64,000 nt of DNA from an uncultured delta proteobacterium (lineage in GTDB: Bacteria > Desulfobacterota > Binatia > Binatales > Binataceae): NCBI GenBank assembly GCA_963808235.1, contig CAWEEQ010000004.1, positions 3,488,001 through 3,552,000 of the forward strand. The letters are read 5' to 3'. Both the position numbers and the translations under genes were made by a program. The stretch's first letter is position 1. Every line of letters begins with the position of its first letter. The notes below the pieces were generated by a model, which was not told the origin of the DNA, searched no databases, and worked only from the letters and a program-made list of their open reading frames with translations. Positions 30,315-40,092 of this stretch are shown here, one piece after another.

Positions 30315-31842
30315 ATGGCATCGCCTCTCAATGTATTGTTTATCACCGCCGACCAATGGCGCGGCGAGTGTCTATCCGCGCTCGATCATCCCGTAGTTCG
30401 TACACCTAATCTCGATTCGCTGGCCGCCGAAGGAGTACTTTTCCGGCGTCACTTCGCCAATGCGGTGCCATGCGGTCCCAGCAGGGCGTCGCTTCACACC
30501 GGGATGTATCTGCAGAATCATCGTTCCGGAACCAACGGCACGCCGCTGGATGCGCGCCACACCAACTGGGCCAAGGAAGCTGCGGCCCATGGCTACGACC
30601 CGGTGCTATTCGGCTATACCGACACGAGCCAGGATCCCCGCGGTCTCGAGGCCGCCGATCCATGGCTCAAAAGTTATGAGGGCCCTCTGCCTGGCATCCG
30701 CCCCGTATGCTTGATGATTGGCACGCCGACGCCATGGACCGATTGGCTTAAGTCGCGCGGCTTCGACGTACCTGCGGATATTCGCTTCGCCTATGGCTAT
30801 CGCGAGCCAGGTCCGGACTATGAAGACGGAGCAGCGTACCCAAAGCCGCTCAAGTATCCCGCGGAATTCGACGACACCGCGTTCCTTGTCACGCAAACGA
30901 TCGACTACATGAAGAGCGCAAGCGGGCCCTTCATCGCGCACCTCTCACTCCTTCGCCCACATCCGCCCTGGGTCGCGCCCGCGCCATACAACACTATGTA
31001 TGATCCGGCACTCATGCCCGGCTTCATAAGATGTCCGACGCCCGAAGATGAAGCACGTCAGCATCCGTGGCTAGCGCATCAACTAAGTCGCCCTCCGTTC
31101 AGAGCTCCGGAAAAAGAGAAGAAGCTTCGGCGGTTTAAGGCCGTTTACTACGGACTCATAAGCAGGGTCGACGCCGAGATTGGGCGACTAGTTCACTTTC
31201 TCAAGGAGACCGGCCGTTGGAATTCGACGCTGATCATCTTTACTTCGGATCATGGCGAGCAGATGGGCGATCACTGGATGGTAGGTAAGTGCGGCTACTT
31301 CGACGGCTCCTATCACATCCCGCTAATCGTTCGCGATCCGCATCCGCAAGCCGATTCTGCCAGGGGCGCGAAAGTCTCGTCATTCACCGAGAACGTCGAT
31401 ATCATGCCGACGCTACTGGAAGCGATCGGCGCCGAAATTCCGGTGCAATGCGACGGGCGTTCGCTTGCTCCATTCCTCGGAGGCGCTGGACGTCCCGACA
31501 AATGGCGCAGCGAAGCGCACTGGGAGTTCGATTTTCGCGATCCTCGCGACAGTTCGACTGAGCAAAAGCTCGGACTCACGCTCCACCAATGCACGATGAA
31601 CGTCATAAGGAGCGATCGCTACAAATATGTCCATTTCACAAATCTGCCGCCGCTGTTCTTCGATCTGGAGAAGGACCCGAACGAGTTCGCGAACCTGGCG
31701 GACGTCGCCATCGTATGCGCCCCTAGTACTCGAGTATGCGCAGAAACTACTGTCATGGCGCATGAACCACGACGAACAAACGTTGACGCACATCATGCTT
31801 AGCGAAGGAGGTCCCATCTCGCGGCGCGCCGCGCGCTACTGA
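30315..31842 (+). CDS. Phosphonate monoester hydrolase / sulfatase family (PehA-like; frameshift near 31700)
   Basis: NVLFITADQWR, CGPSR formylglycine motif, RPHPP, TSDHGE, WEFDFRD, YKYVHF..LPPLFFDL; C-terminus YAQKLLSWRMNHDEQTLTH lies in a shifted frame ending at 31842. Confidence 0.85.
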
Positions 31843-31857
31843 ATCCGTTCCAGGTGG

Positions 31858-32676
31858 CTATGGCCGCTCTCCGCAACTCATCCGATTCTCGATCGCGTCG
31901 ATAGCAGCCTCGCAATCCGCGACTGCGTCGATCACCTGGTGCGCGCCGGCAGCTAACAGCCTGGTCCGCGCATCGTTCAGCCGACGCATCTTTTCCGCGG
32001 ATGTGAGCGCGGCAAAGTCCTCCGAGGACAGCCCAACCATGTTGCCGGTGCGCGCGACACCTATCGTCCACACTCCCGCTCGCAACCCTTCCTCGATGTC
32101 GATAGCAGTGTCTCCGACTTTGACGATTGCCTCGAGTGGTTCGACTTGTAGCTCGATAGCATTGGCGAAGATCATCCATGGATGCGGTCGTCCACCGCCT
32201 ACTTCATCCGGAGTAACTGCGCAGTCCGGATGGTAGCCTTGCTTCTCCGCGGGTCGCAGTACCAGGTCAAGCATCGCTCGCGTGTATCCCGTAGTACTTC
32301 CAATCTTGATTCCGCGTTTGCGCAAACGCGCAACAGCTTCCGCGACGCCGTCGATCACCTGCGAGTCGCTGACTAAGCACTCGAGTTGGAGCGGCACGAA
32401 ATCGGCGAACAGACTTTCTACGTCCGCCTCGCGCGGTTCTTCTCCGATAGCATTGCTCCATCGGCCCGAGACGCCACCCTCCAACAATATTTTCCGAATG
32501 TGATCCTTTTTGAGGACTCCCATGTCGCGCCGCGCTTCCTCCTCCGAGATGGAGACGCCGCGCCGCGCAAACACCTGTTGCAGCACGCGCACCGGCGCAA
32601 GGCTGCCGTGGTCTACGGTCGTTCCCGCCCAATCGAAAATGACGGCCTTCACCCTTCCTGAATACTTCGCAGTCAC
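31858..32676 (-). CDS. phnX: Phosphonoacetaldehyde hydrolase (phosphonatase)
   Basis: AVIFDWAGTTVDHGS.AP, MGVLKKDHI (Schiff-base Lys), STTGYT, GRPHPWM, KVGDT; GTG overlaps the upstream TAG. Confidence 0.93.
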   Translation of the reverse strand: MTAKYSGRVKAVIFDWAGTTVDHGSLAPVRVLQQVFARRGVSISEEEARRDMGVLKKDHIRKILLEGGVSGRWSNAIGEEPREADVESLFADFVPLQLECLVSDSQVIDGVAEAVARLRKRGIKIGSTTGYTRAMLDLVLRPAEKQGYHPDCAVTPDEVGGGRPHPWMIFANAIELQVEPLEAIVKVGDTAIDIEEGLRAGVWTIGVARTGNMVGLSSEDFAALTSAEKMRRLNDARTRLLAAGAHQVIDAVADCEAAIDAIENRMSCGERP

Positions 32677-33812
32677 TATATCGCCATCTCGCGAATCATC
32701 TGTTCCGCCAATCCGAACGACAGCGTCATCCCGGAGCCGCCGACTGCGGTAACGATGCGAACTCCGGGCGCGGCGTCGATCGCGACGTAGGATTTCTCCG
32801 GATGCCTGGCGTACACGCCGTACCATCGCTCTCCGATCGCGAGGTCCGGCGCAATCAGGAAGCTCCGCACATTGCGCATCACGAGCTCATCGATTTCGCT
32901 TTTGTTGAAGACATCCACGGCGAGACCATACTCGTGCGAATCGCCAAGCGTCAGCGCTCCATCCGCGGTCTGCGAAACCAGGGTATGAATCGCAAACCGA
33001 TCGTATTCCGCCATTTCGCGCGCGATTCGCGCCTTATATTTCGGCAATGTCTCGGTGCAAATTTCAAATGCCGGATAAAACCGCAACGTGAGTCCCGCGG
33101 CGAGCGACGGCCCAAGCTCCCACTTATGTTTCTGCGGCGCGGTACGCATCATCTGCAGCTTGCATCGATCGATTCCACTGTGCGCGAACAATTCCGGGTA
33201 GAGTGTTTCAAAATCGTCACCGCCGCATACAATCGCGTGGCCGGCCTCCCAGGTCTCCGATCCGGCGTCGACGCGCGGTAACTCAATCGATCGCACAACC
33301 GTACCAAAGCGTAACTGAACGCCAAATTTCTCAGTCAGAAAGGCCGGCAGCCGCGCTAGTATCTGTCGCGGATCGACGGTGAGTTCCGTTGGACTCCAGA
33401 TACCGCCAAGAAGCCCATCAGGATTGACGGCTTGGCTTCGTTTCAGCACTTCCGCCGGCAATAGCCACGCGCAGGTGTAACCCAAACTCGGCGCGCGCTC
33501 GACAAACTCGCGCCCCACCTCCGCCTCGTCACGATGATAAACCACGTGGAGCGAGCCGGTCGGACGATACGGCAATCCCGAGGCGTCCAAAATCTCCTGC
33601 CAGATTTGACGACTGCGCGTCGCCATCTGATGTATCGCGCCGGCTCTTTGTCCAATCGGCCAGATCATCCCGAAGTTGCGCACCGACGCCCCCTGCGCCC
33701 TGGGCGTGCGCTCGAACACCACCACCGACTTTCCGCGCTTAGCTGCGAAGTAAGCGTGCGCGAGGCCCAGGATTCCCGCGCCGACGACCGCCACATCTGC
33801 TTTTCGGATCAC
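32676..33812 (-). CDS. FAD-dependent oxidoreductase, TIGR03364 (HpnW/Pbf-like) aminophosphonate oxidase
   Basis: VVGAGILGLAHA, GASVRNFG, CKLQMMRT, GDSHEY, GGSGMT; coupled to phnX. Confidence 0.82.
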   Translation of the reverse strand: MIRKADVAVVGAGILGLAHAYFAAKRGKSVVVFERTPRAQGASVRNFGMIWPIGQRAGAIHQMATRSRQIWQEILDASGLPYRPTGSLHVVYHRDEAEVGREFVERAPSLGYTCAWLLPAEVLKRSQAVNPDGLLGGIWSPTELTVDPRQILARLPAFLTEKFGVQLRFGTVVRSIELPRVDAGSETWEAGHAIVCGGDDFETLYPELFAHSGIDRCKLQMMRTAPQKHKWELGPSLAAGLTLRFYPAFEICTETLPKYKARIAREMAEYDRFAIHTLVSQTADGALTLGDSHEYGLAVDVFNKSEIDELVMRNVRSFLIAPDLAIGERWYGVYARHPEKSYVAIDAAPGVRIVTAVGGSGMTLSFGLAEQMIREMAI

Positions 33813-33813
33813 T

Positions 33814-35606
33814 TCAGGCGCTTACAATCTGGGTAGCTCGTTCGATAGGTACTTGATCGGGATCAAGCAGCGCGGTTGTCGCTGCTTCTTCCCAATCCGA
33901 TCTTGGCAGCTCGAGCGGATCCTCCGCGCGTAAGCGATGCTCTACGACCATGCGCGCGAGGATCATCCGCCGCGCGTCATGCCCCTTTGCGCCCGCTGTC
34001 GCTCCTTCCCACGTCATCAGCGCCGCGCTCGCTACATTATATAGTGCGTCCGCCGCGAGCCGTGCCAATCGCTCATGCTTGGGCTTCGATGCGACCTCCG
34101 CTGCGAACGCGACTGCGCGATCGACCAGCTGCGCGATCTGCGCGCGAAAGCCGGCCGGCGCCGCGCTCGCGAGCTGCAGTTTCATTTTCAGTGCGCGCCC
34201 CAGCACCTCGTGACCGCCGGATTTGCCGACTGCGCGATTGATCACGTCGAGCGCATTGATATTGCTGGTCCCCTCCCACAGCACGCCGATATGCGCGTCG
34301 CGAATCAGCCGCGAGTTCACCCAATCCTCGATGTACCCGTTGCCGCCGCGCACCTCCATCGCGCCCGTCGCCACCTTGATATTGTCGCGGCACGCGCGGA
34401 ACTTCAGCACCGCCGTCAGGATTCGCATCACCCGCTCGGCTTCCGCGTCGCCGGCGCGCGCGCGATCCATCATGGTCGCATCGTAAGTGAAAACCGAAAG
34501 CGCCTGCTCAGTCGGCACCATCAGCTTCATCAACTGGCGCCTGAGCAGTGGATGCTCGATGATCGGCCGGCCGAACGCCGCGCGATTGCCCGCGACCTGC
34601 ATCGACTCGTTAAGGCATCGTCGCATCATCCCGGCCGCGCGCGCGCCATGCGACATCCGGCTCATATTGACCATGTCCATCATCTGCCGAGGCCTCGGTC
34701 GATTGCGCCGAGCTGATACGCGATTGCGCCCTCGAGCACCACTTCTCCACTCGCCATCGAACGCGTTCCGAATTTTTCCTTGAGCCGTGCGATTCGATAA
34801 TTGTTGCGCTCGCCGTTCTCCAGTCGCCGCGGCATGATGAAAAGCCCGAGCCCTCGCGAGCCCGCGGGCGCACCATCCGGCCGCGCCAGCAGCAGCACCA
34901 CGTCGCCGTCAACCGCCGAACAAAACCACTTGTCGCCGTAAAGCCGCCAGAAATCTCCCTCGCGCCTGGCAACCACCGCGCTGTTGGCGAGGTCGGATCC
35001 GCCCGCCCGCTCGGTCATGTATTGCGCGCCCTTGAAAATCTCGTCCATGTTTTGCGACAGCATGCGGCTTAAGTAACGCGCCTTGATATCCTCGCTGCCG
35101 TAGTTCTCCACCAGCACCGCGCCGGTATCGGTCACGCTGACCGGACACATCAGGCCAAACTCCGCCTGCACGAACAAATATTGAAACGCGTACTTCGCTA
35201 TATAAGGAAGCGGCTCCGGCCATCCGAGTACGCCCGCCCGATGCGCCATCGCATGGAGCCCGAATTCGCCGAACGCAATCCGTTCCATCTCGCGATACGC
35301 CGGATGAAACTCGACCCAATCCTCGTCGCGCCCAAACCGATCGCGCGGATGCAACACCGGCGGATGCTTGTCCGCAATCTCCGCCAGCTCGTCGAGCCTG
35401 CCGCCGGCAAGCTCGCCGAGCCTCTCGAGATGCGGCTCCATCGCAGCCCGCAACCGCGGCTCCATGTGCAGATCGAGCAAGGCACGCAGCCCGTGATCGA
35501 TACGATAGAAATTCATCCCCCGACAATCAGGCGCAACCAGCGCCGCCGCACTCTGATCGCTTCCGGCCTGGCGCGTTGCGAGTCTTTCGGGATTCACGGA
35601 TGCCAT
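33814..35606 (-). CDS. AidB-like acyl-CoA dehydrogenase (frameshift near 34690)
   Basis: QAEFGLMCPVS, MTERAGGSD, GDKWFCS, RLKEKFGTRSMASGE; second half NMSRMSHG, GGNGYIE, LWEGTSNI. Halves join as GL(R)QMM with one added base. Confidence 0.85.
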
Positions 35607-35705
35607 AGAACGTTTACAATTAATCTTTTCGCATCGCGATGGCTACAAACGCGGGCCGTCGTCGAGAACGCCGCTGTTCATCCTTTGCGGAGCGATCGGG
35701 ATGCA

Positions 35706-36662
35706 CTAACCCCTGAGTTTCGTTTCGAACTCGACCAGTAGCTGTGTGAACTGTTCCGGATGTTCGCCGTGCATCGAGTGCGGCATGCGCGGAAAGGACC
35801 TGTAGTCGATCGACTGTCCAGCGCGCGAAACCAGTTCGCATACGCGCTTTGCCTGCAGGTCCGAGGCAGCACCTAATAGGTAGCCTCCGTTCTCGTCGAC
35901 GTGGCGGAAATGATGCGTGTACAGCACCGGACATTTAACGCTGGCCAGCATCCGCGCGTGATCGCACCCGGCGTATACGGAACCCTCCCAGAAGGCGCGC
36001 GCCCATTCCGGATCGTATTCCTTGACGCGCTGCGGAATTTCGCCGGCCGGACCAAACATCATCGGAATTGCGCGCGACAGCCAGTCGGGAAGCTCGGTCT
36101 TTGCGGCTTCGAGCATTCCAGCCCAATCGCCGACGCTCCATTGGTCGCCCAGGTATTTGCTCATAAGTGCAAAAGTCGGCCCGATAGTTTGGCGGATAGA
36201 CGGCCCGCAAGAAGTATCGACCTCTGACGAGAACAACGGCGGATCTTCGTATACAGCGCCGCGGATCGTGCCCGGCATCTCGTACGCGGAAAGCCACGCG
36301 CTGATCACGCCTCCCGACGAGAGTCCGCTGACGATCACCGGCTGCCCGATAGCGAGCGCGATAAACCGCACCATGTCGTTGCCGAAGTTGTCGAGCGTAT
36401 AACGCCCCGGCGTCCTGCTCGATCTTCCCTGTCCCCGCAAGTCGACCGCGAACGCCTGGAAGTGCTCTTGCAGCAGACCCATTGCCTGCTCGTAGCCCCA
36501 CCACGATTCGGTCTGTCCCGGGATCAGCAACAACGCAGGCTTGTCGCGCGCTCCCGCCACCGCGTAGTTGATCACGGCCTCGCCGATGTCGATCGTTTGC
36601 TCCGGATAGGCGTGCGCGACGTAGGTCGCCGCGTTGTCGGGCCCGAACGGGAGTGGCTTCAT
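35706..36662 (-). CDS. Alpha/beta hydrolase resembling bacterial ZenA-type resorcylic acid lactone (zearalenone) lactonases
   Basis: PALLLIPGQTESWWGYE, VDLRGQGRS, YTLDNFGND.VRFIAL, GLSSGG elbow, LGDQWSVGDW, KEYDPEWARAF, LLGAASDLQA; these blocks match ZenA as I recall it. Confidence 0.78.
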   Translation of the reverse strand: MKPLPFGPDNAATYVAHAYPEQTIDIGEAVINYAVAGARDKPALLLIPGQTESWWGYEQAMGLLQEHFQAFAVDLRGQGRSSRTPGRYTLDNFGNDMVRFIALAIGQPVIVSGLSSGGVISAWLSAYEMPGTIRGAVYEDPPLFSSEVDTSCGPSIRQTIGPTFALMSKYLGDQWSVGDWAGMLEAAKTELPDWLSRAIPMMFGPAGEIPQRVKEYDPEWARAFWEGSVYAGCDHARMLASVKCPVLYTHHFRHVDENGGYLLGAASDLQAKRVCELVSRAGQSIDYRSFPRMPHSMHGEHPEQFTQLLVEFETKLRG

Positions 36663-37600
36663 GATCTTTCTCTTCGCAGACGCGGAAACAGCGCCTCGGC
36701 GTTGCCTCGATCGATCGATGCGCGTTGCGCGTCGTTCAGCGAGTAGCGCTCATACATCCCGGTGAACGCGCCGACTATAGGGTCCGCGGCATACGGCCAG
36801 TCACTTCCGTAGAGTATGTGGTCGGGCCGCGCAAACGCCATTAAGCTCGGCAGCGCCGTAGGACTCCCGGAAAGCGCGAGGTCGAAGTAGAACTTCTGCA
36901 ACTGCGCGAGTCCGTCCGCAAAATCCCGCTTCGGCGACGCCGCTCCAGCGATCCGATGCGCCGCGTACGGCACGAACCCGCCCGCATGCGACAGGATCAC
37001 TTTGATATCGGGACAGCGATCGAGCGTGCCCGATCCCGCCAGCCGCACTGCCGCGCGCGTCGTATCGAGCAGGAAATCCGCGATGTACGCCGGCACCCCC
37101 ACGAGCGGCTCAATCCCGTACAGCTGCGACGGATGCACGAACACGACGGCCTTGCGCTTGTTCAATTCGTCGAACAGCGGATCGAATGCCGGGTCGCCTG
37201 GATAAATCCCGCGGCTGTTTGCGAGGATAACGACGCCGTCGGCGTGCAGCTTGTCGAACGCATACGCAGCTTCGTCAATCGCTCCTTTGACGTCAGGCAG
37301 GGTGAGCGTCGCGAAGAATCCGAATCGGCTCGGATTCTTCCGCACCACCTCGGATGCGAACTCATTCACCTCGCGCGCCTTTTCGCGCGCCTCGACGTCA
37401 TCGCCCAGATGAACTCCCGGCGTCGATACCGACACGATCGCGGTCTGAATCCCGTACTTGTCCATCAGCGCGATCGCGGAATCGGCACTCCACTCCGGAA
37501 TGGGCAGTCCTCCGGCTTCGGCCCCCTTCCGCCGCAGCCAAGCCGCATACGACCCAGGCACAACATGCTGATGCGTATCGATACGTCGAAGAGCCGCCAT
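36659..37600 (-). CDS. Amidohydrolase_2 family decarboxylase (6-methylsalicylate/orsellinate decarboxylase-like)
   Basis: RIDTHQHVVP, WS..MDKYGI..AIVSVSTPG, VVFVHP, FLLDTTRA, ILSHAGGFVPY, YGSDWPY; ATGA overlap with the lactonase; GGAGG RBS. Confidence 0.78.
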   Translation of the reverse strand: MAALRRIDTHQHVVPGSYAAWLRRKGAEAGGLPIPEWSADSAIALMDKYGIQTAIVSVSTPGVHLGDDVEAREKAREVNEFASEVVRKNPSRFGFFATLTLPDVKGAIDEAAYAFDKLHADGVVILANSRGIYPGDPAFDPLFDELNKRKAVVFVHPSQLYGIEPLVGVPAYIADFLLDTTRAAVRLAGSGTLDRCPDIKVILSHAGGFVPYAAHRIAGAASPKRDFADGLAQLQKFYFDLALSGSPTALPSLMAFARPDHILYGSDWPYAADPIVGAFTGMYERYSLNDAQRASIDRGNAEALFPRLRRERS

Positions 37601-37736
37601 GTCGATCCTCCCGACCAGTCGCAGCAAAGCACCGCGGACCAGAATACCTCGCTCGTTATTTTATGGGAGAGGTGGCCGACCACCAGGCGGTCGGTAGGTG
37701 AGGGTTCTGCGGAGAACGAGCCCGCCACCCGCCGTT

Positions 37737-37772
37737 GTTGACTGTCAACTTTCATCCTGTTATGTATACAAT
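37737..37772. promoter_or_regulatory. Promoter/operator region of the RHH gene
   Basis: Palindromes GTTGAC-T-GTCAAC (37737-37749) and TGTATACA (37763-37770); TTGACT at 37738 and TACAAT at 37767, not canonically spaced. Confidence 0.45.
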
Positions 37773-37795
37773 TAAGGACGAGAGGTTCAACGGCG

Positions 37796-38221
37796 ATGCC
37801 GACGAAAAAGCAGAAGCCCACCGATTTATCGAGCGATACCATCGTGGTTTCGTTTCGTGCTCCGCGTGATTTGGTTAACCAGCTAGACAAATTCGCTCTG
37901 GGAGATCAGCGCACGCGGGCAAACTTCATCGTCCGCACCCTAACGCAAGCAGTCACGCTCGAACCGGCAATTCAGGTGATTGAGCAAATTCTCCCCATGC
38001 TTGTCGAGGAAGACAAGAGAGACTCCGGTAGCATTCAGACCGAATACAATCGGGGGCTAATGATGGGTGCTCGATGGGTTATTGAAGCGTTCTTTGGAAA
38101 GCGTGCGATCCGCTGGGTCAACCAGAGGGTCCGCACGCGCACCGGTTTGCCAATGCCTCACGCGATTGCACTCGCCCGCGACGGCAATCGCTATGGATTC
38201 GATTCCGAAGCGGACTTTTGA
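37796..38221 (+). CDS. Ribbon-helix-helix (CopG/Arc-like) protein with C-terminal extension
   Basis: IVVSFRAPRDLVNQLDKFA...RTRANFIVRTL beta-alpha-alpha pattern; AGAGG RBS. Confidence 0.7.
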   Translation: MPTKKQKPTDLSSDTIVVSFRAPRDLVNQLDKFALGDQRTRANFIVRTLTQAVTLEPAIQVIEQILPMLVEEDKRDSGSIQTEYNRGLMMGARWVIEAFFGKRAIRWVNQRVRTRTGLPMPHAIALARDGNRYGFDSEADF

Positions 38222-38232
38222 GGCAGTTCTCC

Positions 38233-39051
38233 ATGGGACAGCTTGGGATAGGATTGGTGGTCATTCTTTTCGCAGCTCTCTCCTCGTCCATGGCATTAGA
38301 GGCTGAAAGCGTTCCCCCATCCAGAACCAAACCCCCATCAAGCTTTCAGGTCTATGGCAAGGACGGCAGTGAGGTCTTGAGCGCCGAGTGCGCGCCAATT
38401 GCTCCAATTGATCCCGGTCTTCCTCAGAAGGAGTGGGAGTCTCGCCGAAATGCTGCAATCGCCGTGTCCTGTGATTTTCTGGACCTCAGAATCAACGGTC
38501 CTGATCTGAAGAAGACCGAAGCATCAAGAGCTGAAATGGAGAGCGCGTTAAAGAAGCCCGATGCGCTTCCGACGCCCGACAAGGAGATGTTGCAGAAAAT
38601 ACGGGACAAGTTGAACGACAAAAGCATAGGACCAAAAGAAGCAGACTTCCTAAAGCGCCTGCTTGTTGCCGAGAGATCGAACGACCAACGGTCAATTGTC
38701 AGTCTGATCCTGGATATGGACCGCAGGACGTGCGGGATTTACGCACAGGATTTTTCGGTCGATTTTAAAAAAATTGGCGAGACCACTTGGGTTAGCGATG
38801 GTTCTCCCCAGGGACTTTGCAAGATGGTATCAATCTACAAGCTTGAGCGCGGCAGTTTTGATGGCGATTGGACCCTCACACAAACCAATTTGGCGGTCGG
38901 AGGACCGAGGGGCTCGATCTGCGATGATTTGCGGAAGGGACTAGATTCCACTCCCGAGGTTTTCGGAGGCGAAGACTCGCGGAAGAACTTTGAATTCCCC
39001 TGTGACTTCATCGACTGGACAGGCAGTTCGAGCGCGTTCCTTCACCGATAA
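38233..39051 (+). CDS. Hypothetical secreted protein with six cysteines
   Basis: Hydrophobic signal-like N-terminus (LGIGLVVILFAALSSSMA), six Cys, low GC. Confidence 0.65.
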   Translation: MGQLGIGLVVILFAALSSSMALEAESVPPSRTKPPSSFQVYGKDGSEVLSAECAPIAPIDPGLPQKEWESRRNAAIAVSCDFLDLRINGPDLKKTEASRAEMESALKKPDALPTPDKEMLQKIRDKLNDKSIGPKEADFLKRLLVAERSNDQRSIVSLILDMDRRTCGIYAQDFSVDFKKIGETTWVSDGSPQGLCKMVSIYKLERGSFDGDWTLTQTNLAVGGPRGSICDDLRKGLDSTPEVFGGEDSRKNFEFPCDFIDWTGSSSAFLHR

Positions 39052-39066
39052 TGTAGTATCTCTCCA

Positions 39067-40020
39067 GTGGATCCTTTTGCTCGAATTTTCACGCCCGACA
39101 TTATTGACAAGATGCGTGTACGCGCTGTCAACACACGTAATGCCGATTTTAGGTACAGGGTTGTTTCAGTACCACAAAGAATGGCCGATAAAGAGGTTGA
39201 CTGGCACAGCCGGGATTTCGAGTTGGAATTCCTGCGCGAAAAGCAACGGAAGTGGCGCGAATGGATTGGTGTGGCGTGGAACTCCGGGTTTTTTCAGGAG
39301 CCCTACGGCGGTGATCTGAGAAGCAGGCTTGCCGGAAAGGATGACGATGGGTTTCGTTCGGCTCTAGGAGAGTGCATGGCCTGTTGGGCACTGTCTCAAG
39401 ACCTGCGGATGAGCGTGAGTCCGAGACCCAAAGGCAGGGATGCTTGCGTGCTTGAATTGTCGGTCGAAACGGAACGCGGGGAGATTCACGTAGAGGTTAA
39501 ATCTCCAAGACTCGTTGAGGACTCGCGCTCGTCAGATGGCGACATCACAGCTAGCGATGGAGGAGCCTTCGATGCCCGTTGGGCCGTCGAACCGCTTAGC
39601 CGTGCATTACAATCTGCAAACAAACAGTTTTCAGATGGGTGCCAGAATGTCTTGATATTGGCGTTGCCAGAATTGTCCGATGGTCCTGTCGGAATCTGCT
39701 GCGACAATTGGCCTTGGTCGCTGATCCAATCCTTTTACGGAGAGGAGCGATTGGTCACGCCTCCCATGGGCCAACCTGTTAGCAAGTTCTTTCCAAACGG
39801 TCACTTCTTGAAGCAGTTCGCGAGTGTTCCACGCTTTACTCGAACTAGCGCCGTGGTTGTTGTAGAGGATCTGGGTTGGTACCCAAGACTCCAGACTGTC
39901 GTCCTGCACAATCCCTACGCGAAATACTTAACATCCGCATCAACGTTCGGTGACTGGCGACAGCTAGTCCCTCATGAAGGTGAGTTGCGTTGGAGCACGG
40001 AACGGTTGATTCGCGTGTAG
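39067..40020 (+). CDS. Hypothetical protein, putative PD-(D/E)XK restriction-endonuclease-like fold
   Basis: SALGE helix, IHVEVK motif, SANKQF, VLHNPYA; the PD position reads VLE. Confidence 0.5.
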   Translation: MDPFARIFTPDIIDKMRVRAVNTRNADFRYRVVSVPQRMADKEVDWHSRDFELEFLREKQRKWREWIGVAWNSGFFQEPYGGDLRSRLAGKDDDGFRSALGECMACWALSQDLRMSVSPRPKGRDACVLELSVETERGEIHVEVKSPRLVEDSRSSDGDITASDGGAFDARWAVEPLSRALQSANKQFSDGCQNVLILALPELSDGPVGICCDNWPWSLIQSFYGEERLVTPPMGQPVSKFFPNGHFLKQFASVPRFTRTSAVVVVEDLGWYPRLQTVVLHNPYAKYLTSASTFGDWRQLVPHEGELRWSTERLIRV

Positions 40021-40092
40021 TTCTCCCCACCGTGCAAGAGCGTCCTGCTCCCTGCGCGCTTAAGACGGGAAATCCAAAACGCACTCGAAGCT

